In this document: piece after piece, positions 1-9,321 of the stretch
Numbering within the stretch: the stretch's first letter is position 1
Layout of the letters: every line of letters begins with the position of its first letter
Translations under genes and position numbers: made by a program
Source of the DNA: an uncultured Collinsella sp.
Lineage (GTDB): Bacteria > Actinomycetota > Coriobacteriia > Coriobacteriales > Coriobacteriaceae
Assembly (NCBI GenBank): GCA_949287055.1
Contig: CASEEY010000001.1
Coordinates: 1-38,866 of the forward strand
Length of the DNA stretch: 38,866 bases
Reading direction: 5' to 3'
Notes under the pieces: generated by a model
Seen by the model: only the letters and a program-made list of their open reading frames with translations
Database searches by the model: none
What the model was told of the DNA's origin: nothing

Positions 1-1118
1 AGGCGAGCCATCTGCTTGCCCACCTCTCGGCAGAATCGGGGGGCCGCCGTGTTGCGGGCACGCATCAGAGCGCGAGCGCATCGGGACAGGTTCGCCTCGG
101 CGTCATCGCGATCCTGGCGGGCACGGCGAATACGGGCCTCGCCGTCGTCGACGAGCGCAAGCAGCTCATGTGCCTCCTCACGCCGGCGCAGCACGTCGTC
201 CATGGTCGGTCCGAACTGCCTGAGCAGGCCCTTGAGCTCTCCATATCGCTCCTGTGCCTGCTGGAGCTCAGCAGGATCGAACTCGATATCGTCTCGATAC
301 CGGCGAAGATCGGCAGCGATGTCCTCGATCGTGATCGCCGTCCCGGCGAGCCCGTCGGCGAACTGAGCGAGCTTGGAATCGACCGAACCCATGCGAGCAA
401 GCCCTGCGATCGCCTCATTCAACGAGTCGAGGACGCCGCCCTCGTCCCCGATTGAGGACTCGGCATCATGGACGCATCCGACAAGCGCCTCGGCGTGTTC
501 AGCGCGCGGCAGGACCTCCTCGAGCTGTTCAAGCTCGGTCTCACCCGGGTCGACCTCGTCGATACGGGCGAGCGCGAAGCGCGCCTCCTCGAGACGCGAC
601 CCTTGCGTGCGCGCCGCAGCCTCGACCCGTTCGAGTTCGCGTGCGGCCTCGCGGGCCGCAGCAAAGGCCTCACGGTACGCGGCAAGCGGCTTTGCGACCG
701 TAGCCCCCGCCCATGCGTCGACCATATCGACATGGGTTGCAGGGTCGAGCAGCCGTTGATGCTCGTGCTGGCCGCACAGGTCGATCTGCGACGCGACGAG
801 CTGAGCAAGCTCGCGAACGCTCGCTAAGGCACCATCGATTTTGACGCGGCTGCGCCCATCGGCGCCCACGCGACGCGCGACCACGATGCCCTCGGTATCA
901 TGGGGATCGCGAAACAGACGCCCTTCGACATAGGCGGCATCCTGCCCCTCGCGAACAAGCGACGAGTCGGCACGATCTCCCATGAGCAGGCGACAGGCAC
1001 TGAGCAACGCGGTCTTACCGGCGCCCGTCTCGCCTGTCAGCACCGTGAGGCCGGCGTCCGGCACAAGCACCGCATCGCGGATCAGCGCGAGGTCGGTGAC
1101 GTGGATCTCATCGATCAT
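1..1118 (-). CDS. recN: DNA repair protein RecN (3' end runs off the window)
   Basis: Not in the ORF track because the frame runs off the window edge. Read manually from ATG at 1118: MIDEIHVTDLALIRDAVLVPDAGLTVLTGETGAGKTALL (Walker A) ... IDLCGQHEHQRLL. Overlaps the nadK stop; tlyA-nadK-recN synteny. Confidence 0.95.
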   Translation of the reverse strand, partial: MIDEIHVTDLALIRDAVLVPDAGLTVLTGETGAGKTALLSACRLLMGDRADSSLVREGQDAAYVEGRLFRDPHDTEGIVVARRVGADGRSRVKIDGALASVRELAQLVASQIDLCGQHEHQRLLDPATHVDMVDAWAGATVAKPLAAYREAFAAAREAARELERVEAAARTQGSRLEEARFALARIDEVDPGETELEQLEEVLPRAEHAEALVGCVHDAESSIGDEGGVLDSLNEAIAGLARMGSVDSKLAQFADGLAGTAITIEDIAADLRRYRDDIEFDPAELQQAQERYGELKGLLRQFGPTMDDVLRRREEAHELLALVDDGEARIRRARQDRDDAEANLSRCARALMRARNTAAPRFCREVGKQMAR

Positions 1119-1977
1119 GACGTCTCACCCCGTAGAACACGCGAGACACGGAGTTGTAGAAGCTCTCGGGGCCGTAGTCGAGCAGCAGGATATCGGCCGC
1201 CCCGCGCCGCGAAACGACGCGCTCGACGGTTCCCGAAGCCTCGATGAACTGGCCATCGACGGCGATTGCCGGCTGGGAGGGCCGGTCGTGGGACATCGTG
1301 ACCTCAATGACATCGGCGGGCGAGGTCAGAAACGCGCGCGCCTGGATGGTATGCGGGGCGATGGGCACGCATACCATGCCGTCGAAGTCGGGGCTGACGA
1401 TCGGGCCGCCCGCCGACAGCGCGTACCCGGTCGAGCCGGTAGCCGTGGAGACGACCACGCCGTCTCCCCGCAGCCGGTCGATATGATGGCCCGATACCGC
1501 GATATCGAACTCCACCATCTCGGAGAGCGGACCGCGGGCCAGCGCCATGTCGTTTAAGCCGGTGGCAGCGATGACCTGCTCGGTTCCGTCGTCTTGAACC
1601 ACGTGGACGTCGCAGTCGATCGTCGCGCGACGGCTCACGTGCATCTCGCCTGCGAGCGCATCGGACACGACCGCGAGGATATCGCGGTCCTGAGGGCTCG
1701 CAGCGGTCAGGAAGCCGAGATGGCCGTAGGAAAGGCCCAGAATCGGAATCTCGCGGCGCCCCACCAGATGGGCAGCCCTTAGCAGCGTCCCGTCGCCGCC
1801 CAGCGAGATGACAAGCTCGCACCCGTCGATATCGGGCGCCTCGTGAGATGCGATCTTGGATTCCTTGTCGGCGGCCCACATGACGTCGTAGCCCTGACGG
1901 GTCAACCACAGCTCGAGCGTGAGACCGCTCTGGACGGCCTCATCCTTGCTGTAATTGGGAACGAGCAGGATTTTCAT
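1108..1977 (-). CDS. nadK: NAD(+) kinase
   Basis: SLGGDGTLL, GHLGFL, ND and DGVVVSTATGSTGYALSAGGP motifs. Confidence 0.96.
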   Translation of the reverse strand: MKILLVPNYSKDEAVQSGLTLELWLTRQGYDVMWAADKESKIASHEAPDIDGCELVISLGGDGTLLRAAHLVGRREIPILGLSYGHLGFLTAASPQDRDILAVVSDALAGEMHVSRRATIDCDVHVVQDDGTEQVIAATGLNDMALARGPLSEMVEFDIAVSGHHIDRLRGDGVVVSTATGSTGYALSAGGPIVSPDFDGMVCVPIAPHTIQARAFLTSPADVIEVTMSHDRPSQPAIAVDGQFIEASGTVERVVSRRGAADILLLDYGPESFYNSVSRVFYGVRRHDR

Positions 1978-2777
1978 AACGAACCAGCCTTTCGCTTGAG
2001 CGCATCAACCTGAAGGGAACGCTGCTCGGATGTGGACGCATCGAACGCGGCGCGATCGCCAAGGAGAAAGAACTCGCGATTGCCCTTCGCGCCGTGAATG
2101 GGCGACGCGCAGATGTCGACCGGGTATAGGCCGCTGCTGGCAAACAGCTTGACAGCGTCGGAAAGCACGCGCGCATGCACGGCGGGATCGCGCACCACGC
2201 CGCCCTCCCCCACCTCATGCGGCATGGCCTCAAACTGAGGCTTCACCAAGGTGAGGAATCGACCGTGCACGTCAAGCAGGTCGAGGACGGCCGGCAGCAC
2301 CGTGTGGATACTCGTAAACGAGACGTCGCATACGGCAAGATCGAAGGCGCCGGAATATCCGAGACCGGGAACATCGACGATGTTGGTGCGCTCGAGCAGC
2401 GTGACGCGGTCGTCGTTGCGCAGGTTCCACGCGAACTGCGCGCGTCCGACATCCACGGCGACAACGCGAGCAGCGCCGCGCTGCAGCAGGCAATCGGTAA
2501 AGCCGCCCGTAGAGCAACCGATATCCAGACACGACAGGTCGGTTGGATCAACGGCAAAGATATCGAGTGCGCCGGCGAGCTTGATGCCGCCTCGGCCGAC
2601 GTAAGGGATCTTCCCCTTGACGTGCAGATCGCACCCGGGTGTTACGCGTAGCGCAGGAGACTCCAGGCGCTCTCCTCCCGAGGACACGAGCCCAGCCATG
2701 CAAAAACGCAGGGCCTCGTCGCGATCGACGCACAGGCCCTGCGCTATGAGTTCATCATCGAGTCGGACGCGCTTCAT
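1974..2777 (-). CDS. tlyA: TlyA family rRNA 2'-O-methyltransferase
   Basis: N-terminal S4-like RLD segment; YVGRGGIKL, LDIGCSTGGFTDCLLQRGA, DVSF, LVKPQFE, SPIHGAKGNREF; ATGA overlap with nadK. Confidence 0.95.
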   Translation of the reverse strand: MKRVRLDDELIAQGLCVDRDEALRFCMAGLVSSGGERLESPALRVTPGCDLHVKGKIPYVGRGGIKLAGALDIFAVDPTDLSCLDIGCSTGGFTDCLLQRGAARVVAVDVGRAQFAWNLRNDDRVTLLERTNIVDVPGLGYSGAFDLAVCDVSFTSIHTVLPAVLDLLDVHGRFLTLVKPQFEAMPHEVGEGGVVRDPAVHARVLSDAVKLFASSGLYPVDICASPIHGAKGNREFFLLGDRAAFDASTSEQRSLQVDALKRKAGSL

Positions 2778-3046
2778 GCTTCGGCAGGCGCGACGGGCTC
2801 GTCGGCGACGGAAGCGTCGGGGTCGGCGGCCGCGTCTTCATCCATGGCGGCGGCCAGTTGGTCCGCCTCGCGATCGGAAAGATCGAAGGTATCGACCATA
2901 TCGACGGCGCGCGAGCCGAGCTTGATCGCCTCATCGAACAGGTCCAAGCTCCGCTCGAGCGACGTGTCCTTCGATCGGACGGTCGCGATGATCTCGTCGA
3001 GGCGAGCGGTGATGTCGTCGAACGAATTGACCGCGGTGTCAGCCAT
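2774..3046 (-). CDS. xseB: Exodeoxyribonuclease VII small subunit
   Basis: Start reassigned to ATG 3046 (MADTAVN). SFDDITARLDEIIATV...SLERSLDLFDEAIKL fits XseB; acidic tail; lies between nusB and tlyA. Confidence 0.85.
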   Translation of the reverse strand: MADTAVNSFDDITARLDEIIATVRSKDTSLERSLDLFDEAIKLGSRAVDMVDTFDLSDREADQLAAAMDEDAAADPDASVADEPVAPAEA

Positions 3047-3050
3047 TGGC

Positions 3051-3551
3051 CTATCCCTCCACCTCGACGGCGTCCTCGCTGCCATCGGTATCGGAATGAT
3101 CGGATTCGTCCTCGGAAACGGTCGGCAGCTCGGACTGGCGCGCAAGACGGCCCAAAACGCCGTTGACGAACCGAGCGGAGCTATCGGTGCCATACGCCTT
3201 GGCGATCTCAACCGCCTCGTTGATCACGATGGAATCGTCGAGGGCGTCATCACCCTCGAGCAAGCGCATCTCGTAGACGGCGATGCGCAGCAGGTTGCGA
3301 TCGGCCGACGGCATACGATAGAGGCTCCAGTTGTCGGAAACCTCGTGCAGGGCGTCGTCGATGCGATCGAGGTTCTCGTAGCAGCCACGGGCGAGCTGCT
3401 CGGCATAGGGCTGCAGGGGCTTGTCGGACGAGAGCAGGAAATCCCCCTCGAGCACCTCGTCGACAGGCTTATCCAGCGCCTCAGCCTGGAACAGAATCTG
3501 CAGCGCTTGACTGCGGGCGAGCGTGCGCCCGCGTTCAACTTTAAGACTCAC
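3051..3551 (-). CDS. nusB: Transcription antitermination factor NusB
   Basis: RTLARSQALQILFQ, NWSLYRM, DRNLLR, INEAVEIAKAYG, FVNGVL. Confidence 0.96.
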   Translation of the reverse strand: MSLKVERGRTLARSQALQILFQAEALDKPVDEVLEGDFLLSSDKPLQPYAEQLARGCYENLDRIDDALHEVSDNWSLYRMPSADRNLLRIAVYEMRLLEGDDALDDSIVINEAVEIAKAYGTDSSARFVNGVLGRLARQSELPTVSEDESDHSDTDGSEDAVEVEG

Positions 3552-3554
3552 TCG

Positions 3555-3917
3555 CTACTCCTTGGGAAACACCAGGTTGTCGATGCACACGTCGACAGCG
3601 GAGACGGCGACGCCCACCTGGCCGTCGATAGCCTTCACCACTGCAGCGCGCACGCTCTCGGCAAGCTTCTTGAAGGGATAGCCGAAAAACACCGTCAGGC
3701 GAACGGTGATATGAAGGGAGCCGTCGACAACTTCCGCCTCGACGGCAGGAAGCGCAGGCTGCGGGCTCTTCGCGGAAAACATGGAGACCAGGCTGGAGGC
3801 GAGGTCGTTGGTGCCCACGGAGGCGACTCCCTCGACGCCTTCCACCGCGCGGGAGACGATGATGGAAAGGACCTCGGGCGCGATGGCGATACCGTCTATC
3901 TTGATCTCTGCAGACAT
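3555..3917 (-). CDS. Asp23/Gls24 family envelope stress protein
   Basis: Start reassigned to ATG 3917 (MSAEIKIDG). IAPEVLSIIV...VEGV...VDVCIDNL pattern; position between efp and nusB matches Firmicutes yqhY. Confidence 0.85.
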   Translation of the reverse strand: MSAEIKIDGIAIAPEVLSIIVSRAVEGVEGVASVGTNDLASSLVSMFSAKSPQPALPAVEAEVVDGSLHITVRLTVFFGYPFKKLAESVRAAVVKAIDGQVGVAVSAVDVCIDNLVFPKE

Positions 3918-3974
3918 GTTCTCACCCATTTCGGCATTAGACACGGATGGCATGAAGCCACAAAACCTTTTAAC

Positions 3975-3984
3975 AGGATACCCC
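3975..3984 (-). promoter_or_regulatory. Putative -10 element GGGGTATCCT upstream of the asp23-nusB operon
   Basis: TAnnnT hexamer with GGG extension, downstream of the efp terminator; no convincing -35. Confidence 0.45.
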
Positions 3985-4025
3985 AAGCAAAACACGGCAT
4001 AAAGTCCGATGTGCGCTCGTCGACG

Positions 4026-4054
4026 AAAAAAGGGCGGGACACGTGTCCCGCCCC
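4026..4054 (-). terminator. Intrinsic terminator after efp
   Basis: GGGCGGGAC-ACGT-GTCCCGCCC hairpin followed by TTTTTT on the minus strand. Confidence 0.9.
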
Positions 4055-4080
4055 GGTCAAACACATGTGAGCGATGCGCG

Positions 4081-4644
4081 CTACACGCGGGAGACGAACT
4101 TGCCGTCGCGCGTATCCACCTTGATGGTCTCGCCCACGTTGAGGTACATGGGAACCTGGATGGTGGCGCCGGTCTCGATGACCGCGGGCTTCGTGCCGCC
4201 CTGGACGGTGTCGCCCTTGAAGCCGGGATCGGTCTCGGTGATCTCGACCTCGATGAACATGGGCGGATTGACACCCATGAGCTCATCGTCGGCATACAGC
4301 AGCTGGCAGACGTCGTTCTCCTTGAGCCACTTCTCGTTGTCGCCAATGAAGTCAGCGGGAACCGGAACCTGGTCGTAGGTCTCCATGTTCATGAAGTAGT
4401 AGTTGTCGCCATCGTTGTACAGATACTGCATCTCGGTGGTGGTGAGGGTCACGCTCTCAAACTTGGAACCCGCGTTGCAGGTCTGCTCGACGACACGACC
4501 GGTCTTGATGTCCTTGGTCTTGTAGCGAACGAACGCGCCGCCCTTGCCGGGCTTGACGTGCTGGAACTCGACGATGGTGCAGACCTTGTCCTTGATGCGC
4601 AGGCCGAGGCCGTTCTTGAAATCAGCGGTGGTGATGGATGCCAT
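4081..4644 (-). CDS. efp: Elongation factor P
   Basis: HVKPGKGGAFVR, MQYLY, TDPGFKGDT, KPAVIETG, VDTRDG; TATACT -10 at 4681-4686. Confidence 0.98.
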   Translation of the reverse strand: MASITTADFKNGLGLRIKDKVCTIVEFQHVKPGKGGAFVRYKTKDIKTGRVVEQTCNAGSKFESVTLTTTEMQYLYNDGDNYYFMNMETYDQVPVPADFIGDNEKWLKENDVCQLLYADDELMGVNPPMFIEVEITETDPGFKGDTVQGGTKPAVIETGATIQVPMYLNVGETIKVDTRDGKFVSRV

Positions 4645-4754
4645 GGATGACCTTTCTCACTCAATACACAGAACAGGGAAAGTATACGACACGGTGCGGC
4701 TGCGGGCGCAAAATGCGACAGAACAGCCATATCAAAAGAGAGGTGGAGCGTATC

Positions 4755-5885
4755 CTAGCAGTCGATGACCTGCAGCTCGTGCGGAGACGAGGTGAAGGGC
4801 ACGAAGCCGTCCTCGGTCACCACGCCGTAGTCCTCGAGACGGACGCCGCCCACTCCGGGCAGATACACGCCGGGCTCGACGGTCACGACCGAACCCGCCT
4901 CAACGATGTTGCTCGCACGGCCGAAGTTGGGTAGCTCGTGGATGTCGATGCCAACCCCGTGCCCGAGCCCGTGGCCATAGTAGTCACCGTATCCCGCATC
5001 GGAGATGATCTTCACGGACAGCATATGGATATCGTGTCCGTCGACGCCCGCATGGATGGCGCGCACGCACTCCTCGTGCGTCCGCTGAACCAGATGGTAC
5101 AGGGCGCGCTGCTCGTCGGTCGGCTCACCCATGACGACGGTACGGGTCATATCCGAATCGTAGTCGCGGTAGCGCGCGCCGTAGTCCATGAGGACGAAAT
5201 CGCCCTTCTGGACGACGCGATCGCTGGGGATGGCATGCGGGTTGGCCGTGTTGGGGCCGGAGGCGACGATGGAATCGAAGGCGAGGCCGTCGGCGCCGTT
5301 GTCGAGCATGAAGCTCTCGAGCTCGACCCTGATCTGCTTCTCGGTCATGCCGGGCTTGATGAAGCCGAGCATGTGGGTGAAGGCAGCGTCGGTGATGGCC
5401 TGGGCCTGGCGCATGAGCTCGATCTCCTCATCGTCCTTGACGGCGCGCATGCGGCGCAGGTCGCCGTGCATCAGCGGAAGCTGACAGACGATGGAGCGGT
5501 CTTCGAGCCCGCGAACGATTCCCTGGTAGAAGGACAGCTGCATGTCGTCCTCGACCGCAACGACGCGACAGCGGCACCTGAGCGCACGCTCGGCGACCCA
5601 ACCCGGAATATCATGGCCGTCCATATCGAGCTGCCAGGCATGCCCTTCGGGAAGGTTCTCGGTAAAGCTGTTGTAATAGCGCGAATCGGTATGCAGGAAG
5701 CACGCATCACGCGTGATGAATGCAGCATGGGGAAACTCATAGGTGTAGTCGAACACGCCCATGGCCCCGGTGAGCCAGCGAAGGTTCGCTTCGTCGCGCA
5801 CGACGACGGCGTCGTAGCCGCGCTCCTCCATCATTGCCCTCACGCGCTCGATGCGAGCGGCGGGACCCGAAACGATTTCAGCCAT
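4755..5885 (-). CDS. Xaa-Pro aminopeptidase (M24B family)
   Basis: Start ATG 5885 with GAAAGGAG RBS; [36 protein letters not shown] motifs; adjacent to efp. Confidence 0.93.
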   Translation of the reverse strand: MAEIVSGPAARIERVRAMMEERGYDAVVVRDEANLRWLTGAMGVFDYTYEFPHAAFITRDACFLHTDSRYYNSFTENLPEGHAWQLDMDGHDIPGWVAERALRCRCRVVAVEDDMQLSFYQGIVRGLEDRSIVCQLPLMHGDLRRMRAVKDDEEIELMRQAQAITDAAFTHMLGFIKPGMTEKQIRVELESFMLDNGADGLAFDSIVASGPNTANPHAIPSDRVVQKGDFVLMDYGARYRDYDSDMTRTVVMGEPTDEQRALYHLVQRTHEECVRAIHAGVDGHDIHMLSVKIISDAGYGDYYGHGLGHGVGIDIHELPNFGRASNIVEAGSVVTVEPGVYLPGVGGVRLEDYGVVTEDGFVPFTSSPHELQVIDC

Positions 5886-5960
5886 AGATACTCCTTTCGA
5901 TTCGAGGCGCCAGCTGGCATCCGCGCGTATGCGATGGCGGCCGGCGCGCATCAGACTCCC

Positions 5961-7061
5961 CTACTCGTCCTCGGTTTGGGATCTCGACGCAAGATAGGCC
6001 TCAGCGTGGCGCATGAGCAGGTCGTCGTCGATGTTGGCGAGACGAATCGAGCCGGCGAACCGCGGAAGCGCAAGCATGAATCGATTCGAGCGACGATAGC
6101 GCTCGCGCTTCAGGGCCTCGACGAAGCGGTCGGCCGTAAGCTCGAAGGTCAGCTCTTCGACGCCAAGGTCCTCGAACAGATCGTCTTGGTCGAAGACGAC
6201 GTCGACATCAAGGCCGCAGACATCGTGCGCAAGGCGCGCCTCGAAACGCATGCCCTCAGCGAGCAGGCGATACCACGGATACGAGGCGCCAAGGCACGAA
6301 CGCAGGGCGCGGGCGGTGGCGACGCCGTAGTCGACCGCATGGCGCGACGAGGGATTCGCAGAGCGTATGGACATACTGCGGGCGGTCTGCGCACGGCAGA
6401 GCGCATCGGCAAAGGCCCGTTCCTGACCGGCGACCATACCTTCGGCAAGACCGGGGAACTGTTCCCACGCGCGCTTGCTCTCGGCAAGCGCGCTCGAGAG
6501 CAACTCGACGTAGCCGGCACCAAGCGTCTCAGAATCCTTGCCGATGACGAGGTCGAGCTCGCAGACGACCATGTCCCAGCGCGGCTGCACCGAGATCATC
6601 TCGGACGCCTCGCCGTACCCAAGCGGGGCCACGGAGGTGGCAACCCGCGCCATCGCATCGAGGGTGAGCGGTATGGCGACGCTCGAGACGCCCTGGCACC
6701 ACATGCCAGAACAGAACGCAACGGCAGAGCACAGCTCAAAGCCGCCGACCGCGACGACCAGATCGTCGGCCGTCAAGGCGCTGCGCTCGAACTCGGCAAA
6801 CAGTAAGACAGCATCCTCTACACGCGAAAGCCGCGCAGAAGCGCACGTGCACGAGAAGACCTGAAAGCCGGTGTCGATAAGCGCGCGTTCCACCTCGACG
6901 CGAACCGTCTCGTCGACGGGGTCCTCGAGAACCATAAGAGCGCGCTTGGGCGCTCCGACGACATGGGCAAGCAGGCGCGGAAGCTCGGCAAAAGCGCCGC
7001 ACCCAATCCGAAAATCGGTCGTCGTGCGACCGAAGTTCACGAGCTGACGACGAACGGTCAT
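5961..7061 (-). CDS. 3-dehydroquinate synthase-like protein with degenerate catalytic motifs
   Basis: Length and motif spacing follow AroB (DDLVVAVGG, QG, IPLTL, GYVE, AEGM, LALP); ATGA-coupled to aroK. The NAD-, metal- and substrate-binding motifs are replaced (see findings). Confidence 0.75.
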   Translation of the reverse strand: MTVRRQLVNFGRTTTDFRIGCGAFAELPRLLAHVVGAPKRALMVLEDPVDETVRVEVERALIDTGFQVFSCTCASARLSRVEDAVLLFAEFERSALTADDLVVAVGGFELCSAVAFCSGMWCQGVSSVAIPLTLDAMARVATSVAPLGYGEASEMISVQPRWDMVVCELDLVIGKDSETLGAGYVELLSSALAESKRAWEQFPGLAEGMVAGQERAFADALCRAQTARSMSIRSANPSSRHAVDYGVATARALRSCLGASYPWYRLLAEGMRFEARLAHDVCGLDVDVVFDQDDLFEDLGVEELTFELTADRFVEALKRERYRRSNRFMLALPRFAGSIRLANIDDDLLMRHAEAYLASRSQTEDE

Positions 7062-7591
7062 AGCAAACCACACTCCAAAAGCAACTCAGCGCAATCGTAG
7101 GATACGTCGGTAAAGCCGCGACCGCGGATATCGACGGTGAAATCAGCCGCCTGAAGGTACAGGGGACGGCGGTGCTCGAGCAGCTCGACAGCATGGGACT
7201 CCGATTTGAAATCGGGCCGCGTGTCACGCCGCCTGATCTGGCGCAGGGAGTCATCGATATCGCCATCGAGGTAGACGCAGTAGCCCATCTCGTGCATGAG
7301 ATCGATGTTGCACGGCGTCTCGACGATCCCGCCGCCGCAGGATACCAGCAGGCTGCGCTCCGAGCGCAACGAGCGCAGCGCGTCGGTCTCCAGTGCCCGG
7401 AAGGCGCGCTCGCCCCGTGTGGCGAAAATCTTCGTCACCGACTGGCCGCAGCGACGCTCGACCATGCGATCGGTGTCGACGTAGCGCCTGTTGAACATCT
7501 TACCGAGGTTGCGTGCGAGCGTGGACTTGCCCGCACCGAGAAACCCGATGAAGAAGATGTGGTCGCAGCCTCGCTTGTCGCAGCACATCAT
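7058..7591 (-). CDS. aroK: Shikimate kinase
   Basis: GFLGAGKS Walker A, DTD, GERAFRALE, SCGGGIV, RP lid, RRPLY. Confidence 0.92.
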   Translation of the reverse strand: MMCCDKRGCDHIFFIGFLGAGKSTLARNLGKMFNRRYVDTDRMVERRCGQSVTKIFATRGERAFRALETDALRSLRSERSLLVSCGGGIVETPCNIDLMHEMGYCVYLDGDIDDSLRQIRRRDTRPDFKSESHAVELLEHRRPLYLQAADFTVDIRGRGFTDVSYDCAELLLECGLL

Positions 7592-7594
7592 CGC

Positions 7595-8095
7595 CTAGCG
7601 CTCCTCGCAGGGAACGCCGCGCAGCGCGAGCCGCTCAAAGATACGGAAGATCTTGGTGTACCACAGATCGACAGTGGTCTGAGGCTTGACGAGAATGGTG
7701 TCGACACCCGCGAGCTTGCCGGCCCACACGTCGGTGTAGAGCTGGTCTCCGATGAGCACCGCCGCCTCATGCGGCTGCCCCATGCGCTTGAGCGCCGCAT
7801 CGATGGCAAAGGGAAGCGGCTTGCAGGCAAAGCAGATGGCGCCGAGCCCGAGCTCACCAGCAGAGCGCTCCACCTGGTCGCGATGCCAGTTGTTGGAAAC
7901 CATGTACAGCGAGAATCCGAGCTCTCGGGCATGGTCGAGCCATGCTGCGACCTCGGCGGGCGCCGTCGTGCGATCGCGCGGGACGAGCGTGTTATCGCGG
8001 TCGAGCATGATGGCGCGCTTGCCGGATGCGTAGAGCTCCTCGAGGTCGATGATGTCGACGGATGCGACGTAGCGTCCAGGGGAAAGGATACTCAT
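7595..8095 (-). CDS. YqeG-like HAD subfamily IIIA phosphatase
   Basis: MLDRDNTL (DxD), VSNN, ACKP, IGDQLYTDVWAG, TILVKP. Confidence 0.9.
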   Translation of the reverse strand: MSILSPGRYVASVDIIDLEELYASGKRAIMLDRDNTLVPRDRTTAPAEVAAWLDHARELGFSLYMVSNNWHRDQVERSAGELGLGAICFACKPLPFAIDAALKRMGQPHEAAVLIGDQLYTDVWAGKLAGVDTILVKPQTTVDLWYTKIFRIFERLALRGVPCEER

Positions 8096-9321
8096 TGCAG
8101 CGACTCCCCGTACTCCTGGCTGAACTGCTCGAATTCCTCGTAGTCATCGGTGAACCGGTGCGTGCCATCCCCCGCTGCCGAGGCGACGTAATACAGATAG
8201 TCGGTATCGTCAGGGGCGAGCGCCGCCTGGATCGACGAGAGACTCGGGCTGCAGATGGGTCCGGGAGTCAGGCCGTAGTTCTTGTAGACGTTGTAGGGCG
8301 AGTCGATCTCAAGATCGTCATAGGTGACGGGATCGCTGCCGCCGCCGCGTGCGTACACGATCGCCGCATCGATCTGCAGGGGCATATCGATGTCGAGTCG
8401 GTTGTAGATGACGCTCGCCACGGTCGGGCGCTCATCGTCGACCGCCGTCTCGCGCTCGACGAGCGAGGCCACCGTGATCACCTGCTGCGCGCTCAGGCCC
8501 GCAGGTCCGGCGTCCAGGTCGAGCGAGGCGGTCTCGGCGACGAACTGGTCGAGCAGGGCACGGATGATCGAATCGGCAGTCGGATTGCTGATCGAATAGG
8601 TCTTGGGATACAGATAGCCCTCGAGCGAATCGTTGTAGGCGCCCTCGAGGAACGGATAGTCGTCGACATAGTTGGACGCCTTCGCCTGCTCCAGGAACTC
8701 ATCGGCGGAGATGCCGTAGGTCTCCTCGACGCGGGCAGCCGTCTGGGCGACCGTGAGGCCTTCCTGGATCACAAGCGAGGTGCCGGCGTTGGGACCGGCG
8801 ACAAGCTGCTCGACGACCTCAGCGGGATCCTGTCCGGTATACAGCAGGTACTCGCCGGGCTTGATGGACATCTCGGCACCGGCTGCCGTGACCGCAGCGT
8901 AGTAGTCCTTCGGGTTGTCGATGACATGGTTTTCTGCCATGAGCTGGGCAATCGCATCGCCCGATGCGCCCTCGGGAATCGTCAGGCGAACCTCCTGGCC
9001 CGCCTCGACCGCAGGGGTATCGTCAACGAACATGCCGCGCACGGCGGGAACGACGAAGCAGACGATGAGCGCGATGGCGACAAGCGCGACGACGGCGCCA
9101 ATGATGCCGCCGACCGGAATACCGCCCTGGCGCTGCGCCGGGCGACGATGCGCGGAGGCAGTCGGCCGCCTCGACGAGTAGCTCGAGGGACGATAGGGCT
9201 GCACACCCGTCGAGGAAGCGCGACGGTTGTCGGCAAAGCGCTTGCCCGCCGGTCGAGCGGGGCGCGCCGTGGGGCGAGCAGCGGAGCTTCGCCTCGGATC
9301 GTTGTTCATCGTGTTAGGCAC
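8092..9321 (-). CDS. mltG: Endolytic transglycosylase MltG (YceG family)
   Basis: GTG 9321 with GAAAGGA RBS (ATG 9309 is an alternative); Arg-rich N-terminus, one TM helix; LEGYLYPKTY, ASLVERE, VASVIYNRL, LQID, SPYNVY, GLTPGPI. Confidence 0.95.
   Translation of the reverse strand: MPNTMNNDPRRSSAARPTARPARPAGKRFADNRRASSTGVQPYRPSSYSSRRPTASAHRRPAQRQGGIPVGGIIGAVVALVAIALIVCFVVPAVRGMFVDDTPAVEAGQEVRLTIPEGASGDAIAQLMAENHVIDNPKDYYAAVTAAGAEMSIKPGEYLLYTGQDPAEVVEQLVAGPNAGTSLVIQEGLTVAQTAARVEETYGISADEFLEQAKASNYVDDYPFLEGAYNDSLEGYLYPKTYSISNPTADSIIRALLDQFVAETASLDLDAGPAGLSAQQVITVASLVERETAVDDERPTVASVIYNRLDIDMPLQIDAAIVYARGGGSDPVTYDDLEIDSPYNVYKNYGLTPGPICSPSLSSIQAALAPDDTDYLYYVASAAGDGTHRFTDDYEEFEQFSQEYGESLQ

Noticed and set aside
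3555-4346. 263-aa version of the Asp23 ORF, suggesting an efp overlap or frameshift fusion
   Set aside because: The extension crosses the efp terminator; the real start is most likely ATG 3917.
4938-6806. 622-aa plus-strand ORF and similar long antisense ORFs (2844-4070, 8062-9522, 17808-19010, 26792-28225, 30980-32035, 36565-37647)
   Set aside because: Each lies opposite well-supported genes and has shadow-ORF composition.
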